This document shows, piece by piece, positions 1 to 9,017 of a DNA stretch of 57,084 nucleotides. Source of the stretch: Candidatus Levyibacteriota bacterium. GTDB lineage: Bacteria > Patescibacteriota > Microgenomatia > Levybacterales > UBA12049. The notes beneath the pieces were generated by a model. The model did not search any database. It saw only the letters and a list, made by a program, of their open reading frames with translations, and was not told where the DNA came from. The DNA lies in assembly GCA_016186625.1 (NCBI GenBank), contig JACPLG010000013.1, positions 1 through 57,084 on the forward strand, in the 5' to 3' direction. Every line of letters starts with the position of its first letter. The first letter of the stretch is position 1. Both the position numbers and the translations under genes were made by a program.

Positions 1-2327
1 TCAGGCAAAATCTTTTGGGAAAACGTGTTGATTACTCGGGACGCTCTGTCATTGTTGTCGGGCCTGACTTAAAACTCTCCGAATGCGGACTTCCAAAAGA
101 AATGGCACTTGAAATGTTTAAGCCCTTTGTTCTTCGTGAAGTTATAATTCGTGGTTTTGCTCCTAACATTAAGTCAGCAAAGCGCTACATTGAAAAAAGA
201 CCTCCTGAGGTTTTTGATATTTTAGAAGAGATTACCAAGAATCATCCGGTTCTACTTAACCGCGCGCCGACTTTGCATAAACTCGGAATTCAGGCGTTCT
301 ACCCGGTTCTTATAGAGGGTTCTGCAATACAGCTGCATCCGTGCGTTTGTACCGGTTATAATGCCGACTTTGACGGAGACCAGATGGCGGTGCATATTCC
401 GCTCTCGGATAACGCACAAAAAGAAGCAACACAGCTTATGATGCCTCGGGAAAATCTTCTAAAGCCGGCAGACGGTTCACCAATTACCCTTCCGAATAAA
501 GAAATGGCGGTTGGAGTATTTTATCTTACAACAATTGATGAATCTTTAAGAAAACAAAACGAAGAGAGCACAATATATGGCGGGATAAACGAGGCAATGC
601 TTGCCTACTCATTCAATAAAATCGGGTTAAGACAGAAAGTTAAGGTGAGATTAGGTACAGAAACTATCGAAACATCTGTTGGAAGATTAATGCTTAACGA
701 GCATCTTCCAGGTGCAATTGGATTTGTAAATGAGCCTGTAAAAGCGTCAGGTATTAAGAGAATAATAACAAAAGCTATGATTACAGAAGGCCCAGAAGAA
801 GTGGAAGAGCTTATTGATAGCATCAAGACTCTTGGATTTTATGGCTCAACCATCTCAGGCATTTCTGTTTCGGTATTTGATACTGCCTTGGTAGAGGAAA
901 AAAGTAAATTAATTAACGGCGCAGAGAATAAAATCTCCGAAATTGATTCCGAGTATCAAAAAGGTTTGATTACAAATGATGAGAAAAAAAGGTTGTCAAA
1001 CAATGTTTGGCTTGAAACAACAGACCAAATCGCTGACATGACTTGGGATCTTCTAACTCCTGAAAATGTTATTCGCACAATTATAGACTCGGAGGGAGCT
1101 AGAGCTGGAAAAGAGCAGCTAAAACAGCTCTCGGCTATGAGGGGTTTGATCCTAGATCCTTTAGGAAAAATTGTTGAGCTTCCTATCAAATCTAATTTCA
1201 GAGAGGGGTTGTCAATATTTGAGTATGTGGCATCGGCCCGCGGTTCGCGAAAAGGACTTACTGACTCGGCACTTAAGACCGCAAACGCAGGATATCTTAC
1301 TCGCCGATTGGTGGACGTTTCCCATGATATGATCATAAGAGAAGAAGATTGTGGCAGTAAAGAAGGGATAAAGGTTTTTGCAACAGATAGTCAGAGAACC
1401 GCAACTTTTGCGGAGAGGATTCTTGGAAGGATAGCAACGGATAACATTATCTCACCAAAAAACAAAAAAGTAATTGTTAAAGCCGGGCAGGAAATTACAG
1501 AGGAAAAACTAAGTGAAATTGTAACAAATGATGTCTCAGAGGTGGTTATCCGCTCCCCCCTTACGTGTCAGCTAAAATATGGAATTTGTGCTAACTGTTA
1601 TGGATGGGATTTTTCAGTAAGAAGACGTGTTGAAGTCGGAGTTCCTGTTGGAGTTGTGGCTGCTCAATCTATTGGAGAACCAGGAACACAGCTAACAATG
1701 CGTGTTAGACATTTTGGAGGAGTTGTAATGAGTGACGTTACCCAAGGACTTCCCAGAGTCGAGGAGCTTTTTGAAATGCGGACTCCAAAAGCGCTTTCTC
1801 CAATTTCGGAAATTTCAGGAAAGCTTTCCATTGAAACCGGGGAAGATGGATATATTCTTCGCGTTATGACACACAGAAAACCGGTAGAGGAAAGAGAATA
1901 TTTTGTGCCCCTGGCCTCAAGTCTGAGCGTAAAAGACGGAGCAGAAATTAGCGTTGGAACGCAATTTGCCCAAGGATATCTTGATCCAAAAGAAGTTCTT
2001 AAGATCTCAGGCTTAACCGAGGCTCAGCGCTACGTTATAAATGAAGCACAAAAAGTTTATGAATCACAGGGGATTGTAATTAATGACAAGCATTTTGAAG
2101 TAATTTTGCGAAAAATGTCAGATAAAGTAGTGGTTGAGACAGTTGGAGATACAACACTAATTCCCGGAGACTTTATTACAAAAACAAGATTTGAAGAAAT
2201 AAATGCTGAAATTTTGAGCCAGGGAGGAGAACCGGCAACTGCCCGCCAAACTATTCTTGGAGTTACAAAATCTTCATTATTTTCAGATTCACTGAAGCTT
2301 CTTTGGAAGGGCAGGAAGATAAGCTGA
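1..2327 (+). CDS. rpoC: DNA-directed RNA polymerase beta-prime subunit, 5'-partial; 3' end disrupted near 2291
   Basis: Frame from nt 3 reads [21 protein letters not shown], then [12 protein letters not shown] (catalytic loop) and downstream conserved blocks. It ends in the non-homologous [11 protein letters not shown]. Confidence 0.9.
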   Translation, partial: RQNLLGKRVDYSGRSVIVVGPDLKLSECGLPKEMALEMFKPFVLREVIIRGFAPNIKSAKRYIEKRPPEVFDILEEITKNHPVLLNRAPTLHKLGIQAFYPVLIEGSAIQLHPCVCTGYNADFDGDQMAVHIPLSDNAQKEATQLMMPRENLLKPADGSPITLPNKEMAVGVFYLTTIDESLRKQNEESTIYGGINEAMLAYSFNKIGLRQKVKVRLGTETIETSVGRLMLNEHLPGAIGFVNEPVKASGIKRIITKAMITEGPEEVEELIDSIKTLGFYGSTISGISVSVFDTALVEEKSKLINGAENKISEIDSEYQKGLITNDEKKRLSNNVWLETTDQIADMTWDLLTPENVIRTIIDSEGARAGKEQLKQLSAMRGLILDPLGKIVELPIKSNFREGLSIFEYVASARGSRKGLTDSALKTANAGYLTRRLVDVSHDMIIREEDCGSKEGIKVFATDSQRTATFAERILGRIATDNIISPKNKKVIVKAGQEITEEKLSEIVTNDVSEVVIRSPLTCQLKYGICANCYGWDFSVRRRVEVGVPVGVVAAQSIGEPGTQLTMRVRHFGGVVMSDVTQGLPRVEELFEMRTPKALSPISEISGKLSIETGEDGYILRVMTHRKPVEEREYFVPLASSLSVKDGAEISVGTQFAQGYLDPKEVLKISGLTEAQRYVINEAQKVYESQGIVINDKHFEVILRKMSDKVVVETVGDTTLIPGDFITKTRFEEINAEILSQGGEPATARQTILGVTKSSLFSDSLKLLWKGRKIS

Positions 2328-2464
2328 TAGGACTTAAAGAGAATGTAATTATTGGACGTCTTATTCCGGTTGAGGGAATCTCAACGGAAGTTTCAACAGA
2401 GGATAATATAAATATGGCCGGAGAGTCACTGGCTGTTGAAGAAAGTGCCCCTCAGAGTGTATAA
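2291..2464 (+). CDS. rpoC: rpoC C-terminal segment displaced into the -1 frame
   Basis: My translation gives [34 protein letters not shown]...APQSV*, which matches the conserved beta-prime C-terminus ([13 protein letters not shown]). Stop TAA is at 2462-2464. Confidence 0.8.
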   Translation, partial: TEASLEGQEDKLIGLKENVIIGRLIPVEGISTEVSTEDNINMAGESLAVEESAPQSV

Positions 2465-2574
2465 TACAAATTCAAAAGTCAAAACTCATAAGTCAAAAGT
2501 GAAAGCCAAAGTTAAGAGTTAATTTTGAATTTTGCATTTTGAATTTTAAATTTGACTGACTGAAAGGAAGGAAC

Positions 2575-3066
2575 ATGCCTACAATATCACAACTTACCAA
2601 AAAAGGAAGAAGAAGAAAGATTAAAAAGGTTCGAGTAACCGGACTCCGGCGTGCTTATAACGCAAAGGACCGAGTTTACAAAGAGTATAATTCTCCGCAA
2701 AAACGGGGCGTGGTTACTTTGGTTAAGACTATGACTCCCAGAAAACCTAATTCTGCTCTTCGAAAAGTAGCCAGAGTCAAATTATCAAATAGGACCGAAG
2801 TTACCGCCTACATCATGGGGGAAGGCCATAATCTTGCCGAGCACGGAATCGTTCTTGTTCGCGGTGGAAGAGTCAAGGATTTGGCAGGAGTAAAATATCA
2901 TATCGTGCGGGGAAAGTTTGACCTTGCCGGAGTAGCAGGAAGACAAAGCTCTAGAAGTAAATACGGAGCTAAAAAGGGCGGAGGAGGTGGAGTTCGTCCG
3001 TCTACACCAGTAACCCCGGCAGCAGCGGAAACTCCAGCACCTGCGGAAGGAGGGACTACAGCGTAA
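2575..3066 (+). CDS. rpsL: 30S ribosomal protein S12 with ~29-aa Gly/Pro/Ala/Thr C-terminal tail
   Basis: [13 protein letters not shown]..., [11 protein letters not shown], and [19 protein letters not shown] are present. An SD GGAAGGAA lies upstream. Confidence 0.95.
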   Translation: MPTISQLTKKGRRRKIKKVRVTGLRRAYNAKDRVYKEYNSPQKRGVVTLVKTMTPRKPNSALRKVARVKLSNRTEVTAYIMGEGHNLAEHGIVLVRGGRVKDLAGVKYHIVRGKFDLAGVAGRQSSRSKYGAKKGGGGGVRPSTPVTPAAAETPAPAEGGTTA

Positions 3067-3196
3067 TCAGTTATCAGTTTTCTGTTGTCGGTTATCAGCC
3101 GTCTGTTTGCCTGTTCTCAGTTTGTCAGTTTGATAAACCGAAAACCGATAGACTAGATTCCGAAAACTGAAAACCGAGAACAGATAACCGAAAAAT

Positions 3197-3766
3197 ATGA
3201 GAGGTGCAAAAGTAAGCAAAAAAAGAAAAGTACAAGAAGACGTAATCTATAATTCAAGGCTTGTTGCAAAGCTAATTAATAATATTATGAGGGACGGCAA
3301 GAAAACAGTAGCCCAGTCTTTGGTTTATGATACGTTTGACATTTTAGCCAAAAAAAGCCCTTCTACGAGTTCAACATCCGTTCGACCCGTTCGAGATTCT
3401 CAGGGCAAGCAAGCTCAGGATAAAGGCTCACTGCAAGCAGGCGCAGGGCAAGAGAGCCCATTATCTCTTTTTGAAAAAGCTGTTCAGAATGTGGGTCCAA
3501 GAACAGAAATAAAGGCTCGCCGTGTAGGAGGAGCTTCATATCAAATACCAATTGAAGTTAGGGGAGACCGCCGGACAGCTCTAGCACTCCGCTGGATAAT
3601 TGAAGCAGCAAGAGCTAAATCAAATAAGGATTTCCACACATTTCCGGAAAAATTGGCAGCAGAGATAGTGGATGCTTCCCAAAACCAAGGTGAAGCAATA
3701 AGAAAGCGTGACAATGTCCATAGAATGGCCGAAGCCAACAAAGCTTTCTCCCATTTCCGCATCTAA
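3197..3766 (+). CDS. rpsG: 30S ribosomal protein S7 carrying a ~32-aa internal insertion
   Basis: S7 blocks VIYNSRLVAKLINNIMRDGKK and RRVGGASYQIPIEVRGDRR are present. An inserted PSTSSTSVRPVRDSQGKQAQDKGSLQAGAGQES sits between them. Confidence 0.92.
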   Translation: MRGAKVSKKRKVQEDVIYNSRLVAKLINNIMRDGKKTVAQSLVYDTFDILAKKSPSTSSTSVRPVRDSQGKQAQDKGSLQAGAGQESPLSLFEKAVQNVGPRTEIKARRVGGASYQIPIEVRGDRRTALALRWIIEAARAKSNKDFHTFPEKLAAEIVDASQNQGEAIRKRDNVHRMAEANKAFSHFRI

Positions 3767-3772
3767 ATCCCC

Positions 3773-4102
3773 ATGAAAACCCTCTATGTTCGCAGTCGAA
3801 AACAATGGAGGGAGTGGCTGGAGAAAAATCATGATAAAGAGAAAGAGATTTGGCTTGTTTATTATCGAAAAACCAGCGGAAAACCTACTGTCTCCTATGA
3901 CGAATCTGTTGAAGAAGCCTTGTGTTTTGGCTGGATTGACAGCAAAGAAAAAAGTTTGGACTCGGAAAGATATGCCGGGCGCTTTACTCCCAGAAAACCT
4001 AAATCCAACTGGTCACCCTCAAATCGCGCCCGCGCCAAGCGTTTGATTGAATCGAAACAAATAACAGATGCCGGTCGCAAAGCTTTACCGAAAGACTTAT
4101 AA
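3773..4102 (+). CDS. YdeI/OmpD-associated family protein, N-terminal half only (apparently truncated)
   Basis: IWLVYYRKTSGKPTVSYDESVEEALCFGWIDS...RFTPRKPKSNWS is typical of the YdeI family. The usual C-terminal domain is missing. Confidence 0.6.
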   Translation: MKTLYVRSRKQWREWLEKNHDKEKEIWLVYYRKTSGKPTVSYDESVEEALCFGWIDSKEKSLDSERYAGRFTPRKPKSNWSPSNRARAKRLIESKQITDAGRKALPKDL

Positions 4103-4140
4103 CCGCAAAATCGGCACAATAATGTAGCTTCCCACATTCC

Positions 4141-4368
4141 ATGTGGGAACACAGATGTGGGGATAGAGGAATAGAAATTACAAAACCGCAAGATCGGAAG
4201 GAAGAAACAAAAATTATTCCTACTGCGCCACTTGAGTTTGATTTAAGCAATGGTGAACCACCTTCTCATGCTGACATTATTGCTGAGATTGAGAGAAACC
4301 AGAGGGAAATCTCTGAGCTGAGAGCTCAACAGGCTAGTGCTACAACCGAAACCCCATCCTCTAGCTAA
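4141..4368 (+). CDS. hypothetical protein (weak call)
   Basis: This is an ORF only. The start codon lies inside a 9-bp-stem hairpin, and an intrinsic terminator follows at 4396-4421. Confidence 0.3.
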   Translation: MWEHRCGDRGIEITKPQDRKEETKIIPTAPLEFDLSNGEPPSHADIIAEIERNQREISELRAQQASATTETPSSS

Positions 4369-4395
4369 GACTTCTATTTTGTGGTATACTCATTT

Positions 4396-4421
4396 AGCTT
4401 CCAATTCCTGGGAGCTTTTTT
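4396..4421 (+). terminator. rho-independent terminator-like hairpin plus T-run
   Basis: The sequence AGCTTCCA-attcc-TGGGAGCT is followed by TTTTTT. Confidence 0.5.
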
Positions 4422-4584
4422 AGATAATAATTTGGATGATTTCAAAATTTCTTGGAGACGCTCCGCGACGCATCGGCTAGGTCCTCAAATCCCGATTGCC
4501 GCTTCGCTAGCGCACCTAGCAAAATTTCAAAATCATCCAATGCAGATTTGAGATTTGATTTTTGATTTATAATTTAAATGAAGT

Positions 4585-6720
4585 ATGGCAGATATAGCAA
4601 ACAGACATTTTGATTTGGAAAAGATTCGAAATATTGGCATTATTGCCCATATTGACGCGGGGAAAACCACCACAACCGAACGAATCCTTTTTTACACAGG
4701 ACGAACCCACAAAATTGGTGATATTGACGAGGGAACAACTGTTATGGACTGGATGAAAGAGGAGCGGGAGCGGGGAATCACAATAGTTAGTGCTGCCACC
4801 ACAGCTTTCTGGACTCCGACTGAAGGTTTATCAAAAGAGGTTGAACACCGCATAAACATCATAGACACTCCCGGACATGTTGATTTTACGGCAGAAGTTG
4901 AACGCTCACTTAGGGTTTTGGACGGAGGAATTACAGTTTTGGACGCAGAGGAAGGAGTGCAATCCCAGTCTGAAACTGTCTGGCGCCAGGCTGATAAATA
5001 TAAAGTTCCAAGAATTTGTTTCATCAATAAAATGGACAAGCTTGGAGCAGACTTTTTGGCTACCATTAAATCTATTGAAGACAGACTTGGTGCAAATCCG
5101 GCAATTATGGTTTTACCCATCGGCGCCGAGCAAGCGTATGTCGGCAATATTGATCTTTTAACCCGCAAGGCTTATCGCTGGGGGGGAGACGAACTTGGTG
5201 CGAAATACGATGTAGGGGATGATATTCCAGCGGAGATGAAGGACAAGGTAGAGGAATACCGCCACAAATTAATTGAAAAGATTGCAGAGACTGATGACGG
5301 GCTTTTGGAGAAATACCTCAATGGGCAGGAGCCAACTGTTGATGAACTCAGAGCAGCGCTTCGAAGAGCTGTAATTAGTTATAAATTAGTGCCCATTTAT
5401 GCCGGTTCGTCTTTACGCAATAAAGGAGTCCAGCCTTTGCTTGACGGCGTAGTTGAATACCTACCAAGTCCGGTGGACCTTAGGCAAGTAAAGGGACATA
5501 ATCCTAAGACAAATGCAGAAGAAGTTCGATTACTCGTAGAAGATGCCCCACTTGCAGGACTAGCCTTTAAGATTCAGAACGATCCGCATGTTGGAAAACT
5601 GACATATTTTAGAGTTTATTCCGGAAAACTAACGTCTGGAAGCTATGTTTATAACGCTACAAAGGACCTTAAAGAGAGAGTAGGCCGCCTTCTTCTTATG
5701 CACTCAAATCAGCGGGAAGAAATAAAAGAAGCATATGCCGGAGAAATTGTAGCAATAGTTGGCCTTAAAGATACAGGCACAGGAGATACTTTATCTGATG
5801 AGGGAAAACCAATAGTTCTTGAAAAAATTTCATTCCCGGAGCCTGTAATATCCTTGGCAATTGAGCCAAAAACAAAATCTGATCAGGAGAAGCTCGGTAT
5901 GGCCCTCAAAAGGCTTATGGATGAGGATCCAACCTTTCAAGTAAAAACCAATCATGAAACAGGACAGACTATCATCTCAGGAGTAGGAGAGCTGCAATTG
6001 GAAGTTAAAGTCAACACTATGAAAGCTGATTTTGGAGTTGATGCAAATGTGGGCGCACCTCAAGTAGCATATAAAGAAACTATCAAAGAGACTGCAACAG
6101 GAGAAGGAAAATATATAAGACAGTCCGGAGGACGCGGACAATACGGACATTGTTTCCTTAGAGTAAAGCCCAGGCCCCGCGGAGAAGGTAATGAGTTTAT
6201 CAATTCTATAAAAGGAGGAGCGATTCCGGCTGAATTTATAAAATCAATTGAAAAAGGAGTAAAGGAGAGTCAAGAAAACGGAATTTATCTAGGATATCCT
6301 GTGACAGATATGAGCGTTGAGGTTTATGACGGATCATTTCATGAAGTTGATTCTTCTGAAATCGCCTTTAAAATTGCAGCCTCAAAAGCTCTTCAGGCTG
6401 CTGCCAAGAATGCCAAGCTTACACTTCTTGAGCCAATCATGAAAGTTGAGGTTACAACGCCGTCTGAGTTTTTGGGAGATGTAATTGGAGATCTTTCGTC
6501 AAAAAGAGCACAAATTTCAGGAACCGAAGAGCATGGAAAGGCAACTATAATTCTGGCAATGGTGCCACTCGCAGAGCTCTCTGGTTATGCAACAGTATTG
6601 CGATCGATGACTCAAGGAAGAGCCAGTTATTACATGGAGCCTTCACATTACGAAGAAGTTCCTCAAAACATCCAGCAGCAAATGTTAGCTACCTCCACCT
6701 TCACAGGAAGAGTTGAATAA
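4585..6720 (+). CDS. fusA: elongation factor G
   Basis: AHIDAGKTTTTERILFYTG, DTPGHVDF and NKMDK GTPase motifs are present in a full-length 711 aa protein. Confidence 0.97.
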   Translation: MADIANRHFDLEKIRNIGIIAHIDAGKTTTTERILFYTGRTHKIGDIDEGTTVMDWMKEERERGITIVSAATTAFWTPTEGLSKEVEHRINIIDTPGHVDFTAEVERSLRVLDGGITVLDAEEGVQSQSETVWRQADKYKVPRICFINKMDKLGADFLATIKSIEDRLGANPAIMVLPIGAEQAYVGNIDLLTRKAYRWGGDELGAKYDVGDDIPAEMKDKVEEYRHKLIEKIAETDDGLLEKYLNGQEPTVDELRAALRRAVISYKLVPIYAGSSLRNKGVQPLLDGVVEYLPSPVDLRQVKGHNPKTNAEEVRLLVEDAPLAGLAFKIQNDPHVGKLTYFRVYSGKLTSGSYVYNATKDLKERVGRLLLMHSNQREEIKEAYAGEIVAIVGLKDTGTGDTLSDEGKPIVLEKISFPEPVISLAIEPKTKSDQEKLGMALKRLMDEDPTFQVKTNHETGQTIISGVGELQLEVKVNTMKADFGVDANVGAPQVAYKETIKETATGEGKYIRQSGGRGQYGHCFLRVKPRPRGEGNEFINSIKGGAIPAEFIKSIEKGVKESQENGIYLGYPVTDMSVEVYDGSFHEVDSSEIAFKIAASKALQAAAKNAKLTLLEPIMKVEVTTPSEFLGDVIGDLSSKRAQISGTEEHGKATIILAMVPLAELSGYATVLRSMTQGRASYYMEPSHYEEVPQNIQQQMLATSTFTGRVE

Positions 6721-6726
6721 TAACTT

Positions 6727-6915
6727 ATGGGAGAAAGACTAGAAGGATTAGATCAGAAAGTAGCGGCATACGAAAGACATTGTAATGCCATGAGTGATCG
6801 TACTACTCCTACAGGGGACTTTAATGGTGCGCTTAATGCTTTAAAAATTTTAAACAGAGATACGAAAGGCACAGCCAGAACATTATTTGTATCCCGATTA
6901 CACATTAGAAGATAA
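6727..6915 (+). CDS. small hypothetical protein, paralog of 8772..8996
   Basis: It starts 6 nt after the fusA stop. It is colinear with the 8772 ORF (A-Y-R...TP...F...L.AL..L..DT.G..RT...S). Confidence 0.55.
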   Translation: MGERLEGLDQKVAAYERHCNAMSDRTTPTGDFNGALNALKILNRDTKGTARTLFVSRLHIRR

Positions 6916-7071
6916 ATTCAAGACCCAAAGGAAGAATTGAGTAAGCCCCAAGATACACTACTATGTAGTAGCATACTTTATGCGTATTACAGAGAGAGTT
7001 GATAATTCAAGAATTGGTAAAACTTGACAGATAATTTATAAAATGCTAAACCTAAATTAGGCAGACAAAAG

Positions 7072-7383
7072 ATGGAATCAGATAATCAAGTTCCAGAACA
7101 GCAAATACCGCAACAGCCAATTACTCAACCATCTAAATCCAAGAATAAAAAAATAGCAGGTATAACAATGATTGTTTTTATTGCTTTGGTATTTATAATT
7201 TCAGGTTTGATATTGGCATTTAATTTATCAAGCAAAAAAGAGCCGCCTGCAACGGATACAGCTACGGTTTCTAAAGATTCAGAAATAGCTCCTAAAACAA
7301 CATATAGCAACCCTTTTGACAAAAGCACCCAATATGTAAATCCTTTCTTTTCATATAAAAACCCATTTGATAATTTGAAATGA
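7072..7383 (+). CDS. single-pass membrane protein with NPF repeats
   Basis: It has a Gln/Pro-rich N-terminus, the TM helix IAGITMIVFIALVFIISGLILAF, and a C-terminal NPFD/NPFF/NPFD. An ATGA overlap links it to the next gene. Confidence 0.6.
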   Translation: MESDNQVPEQQIPQQPITQPSKSKNKKIAGITMIVFIALVFIISGLILAFNLSSKKEPPATDTATVSKDSEIAPKTTYSNPFDKSTQYVNPFFSYKNPFDNLK

Positions 7384-8717
7384 AAAAATTATTACTTTTC
7401 TTAATATTAATATTTACTTCGTTTGCTTTTGGAATAATTTTTACTTCTCCAAAAAACGTACTCGCGCAGGAAAGTCCTGAGGAAGCAGCGAAAAAATATA
7501 ACATAACTTTTCCTATTGCGGAGCTTGGGAATTGCGAAAACTACTCAGAGTGTAGGCAGTTTTGCGAAGATCCCGTTAACTCAACAACATGTATAGATTT
7601 TGCAAAAAGTAAGGGATTTTATAAAGAAGAGAATACAGGGAAGGCTGATTTATTAGCAAAAGCAAGATCTCAGCTTGGTTGTAGTTCAGAAGCCACTTGC
7701 AGGGAGCTTTGCAGCAAAGAAGAAAATTTTGAGAAATGCAGCAATTTTGCGAGTCAAAACAATTTATCCGGAGGTCACAGTGAAGATCATTCAAGTGCAC
7801 AAATTCTTCAAAAGGCAAAGTCAATACTTGGCTGTAGCTCTGAGGCCTCGTGCCGGGAAGTTTGTAGCAAGGAAGAGAATAAGGAGAAATGCTCGCAGTT
7901 TGCAAGACAAACTGGGCTTAGGGGAGGAGAACATAGAAGTGGTCCAGGGGGCTGTAGTTCTGAGGAAACCTGCAGAGCTTTTTGCTCAGATCCTGCTAAC
8001 TATCAAGTTTGTTCTGGATATGCAACTTCTCAGGGTGGAAATTTTTCTGGCCCAGGAGGTTGCAATTCAGAAGCAACGTGCCGGCAGTACTGCGAAAAAA
8101 ATCCACAGAGTTGCAGGTCTTTTGGTGACAGAGGGAATTATAACCCTGAGGAAATGTGCAGAAAAACCCCAAATTGTTCGTGGGCAAACAATGCTTGTCA
8201 ATGCGCAAGTTATGGAGGGTCAGCTGAAGGCGGCCAAAAAGCGCAGGAATATGCAGATTTTTGCAGAAAAAATCCTGAGAAATGCGGACCCGGGCAATCT
8301 GGCTCATTCGAAAATTCGCAACAAAGAGAAGAATATGAAAAGTATTGCCGGGAAAATCCTGATAAATGCAGATTTGATAGTGCGGATCCATCAGGTAGCT
8401 ATCAAGGCTCTGATCCTCAAAGCGAGTGTGTAAAATATGGCTGTAATTGGAATGGATCAAATTGTGACTGCAGTAATAAAACTTCTTCGAGTGGTAGCCC
8501 AGAGACAGAGTGTGCTAAATCCGGATGTAGCTGGACAGGCTCTTCTTGTGATTGTTCTGCCCAAACCCAAACTTACGACCCGGCTACTGAATGCGCTAAG
8601 ACAACGGGCTGTTCTTGGACTGGTTCATCTTGTCAATGTGGTGCAGTTCAGGGAGAGAATGCGAGGGATGTGTCTTTATTTCAAAAAATTTTAAATTTCA
8701 TCCTCAGACTAAAATAA
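7380..8717 (+). CDS. secreted cysteine-rich modular repeat protein
   Basis: A signal peptide MKKLLLFLILIFTSFAFG is present. About 6 modules of type GC.SE.TCR..C......C..F are followed by about 4 modules of type EC.K.GC.W.G..C.C. Confidence 0.75.
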   Translation: MKKLLLFLILIFTSFAFGIIFTSPKNVLAQESPEEAAKKYNITFPIAELGNCENYSECRQFCEDPVNSTTCIDFAKSKGFYKEENTGKADLLAKARSQLGCSSEATCRELCSKEENFEKCSNFASQNNLSGGHSEDHSSAQILQKAKSILGCSSEASCREVCSKEENKEKCSQFARQTGLRGGEHRSGPGGCSSEETCRAFCSDPANYQVCSGYATSQGGNFSGPGGCNSEATCRQYCEKNPQSCRSFGDRGNYNPEEMCRKTPNCSWANNACQCASYGGSAEGGQKAQEYADFCRKNPEKCGPGQSGSFENSQQREEYEKYCRENPDKCRFDSADPSGSYQGSDPQSECVKYGCNWNGSNCDCSNKTSSSGSPETECAKSGCSWTGSSCDCSAQTQTYDPATECAKTTGCSWTGSSCQCGAVQGENARDVSLFQKILNFILRLK

Positions 8718-8725
8718 TAGATTGA

Positions 8726-8760
8726 CCTACCAATCCACCTTTACAGGAAGAGTTGAGTAG
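8726..8760 (+). repeat. duplicated relic of the fusA 3' end
   Basis: CCTACCAATCCACCTTTACAGGAAGAGTTGAGTAG closely matches fusA 6688-6720, GCTACCTCCACCTTCACAGGAAGAGTTGAATAA. Confidence 0.8.
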
Positions 8761-8771
8761 TATTGAGATTT

Positions 8772-8996
8772 ATGAGCGGAATAAGTCCTGAATTTGATCA
8801 AAAGTTAGAAGCATATTCAAGATTGCATGACGTAATGCTTGATCCATCAACCCCGGATAAACAATTTTATGATTCGCTTGATGCTCTAAGGAGGTTGGAC
8901 AAAGACACAAGTGGAAGAGTAAGGACTATATATATTTCGAAAGTAAACAGAATGGGATCGGCAATACCCACCACCTCAACGCAAGATCAAGAGTAA
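8772..8996 (+). CDS. small hypothetical protein, paralog of 6727..6915
   Basis: It follows the fusA-end relic in the same arrangement as the 6727 ORF follows fusA, and shares protein similarity with it. Confidence 0.55.
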   Translation: MSGISPEFDQKLEAYSRLHDVMLDPSTPDKQFYDSLDALRRLDKDTSGRVRTIYISKVNRMGSAIPTTSTQDQE

Positions 8997-9017
8997 AGCA
9001 AAACGAAAGCTTGCTTA

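Noticed and set aside
605-5168. Antisense and alternate-frame ORFs inside rpoC, rpsG, the YdeI-like gene and fusA (for example 605..826, 956..1336, 3363..3551, 3541..3762, 3620..3832, 3786..4046, 3895..4191, 3999..4250, 4692..5168, 4877..5161).
   Set aside because: They lie wholly within strongly supported conserved genes, have no motifs or SD sequences, and have low-complexity translations typical of shadow ORFs.
7576-8694. Long alternate-frame and antisense ORFs over the Cys-rich gene (7675..8433 +, 7576..7905 -, 7996..8460 -, 8437..8694 +).
   Set aside because: The listed frame has a signal peptide and regularly spaced Cys modules. The other open frames are explained by the repetitive, compositionally biased DNA. 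I saw no independent start or SD signals.
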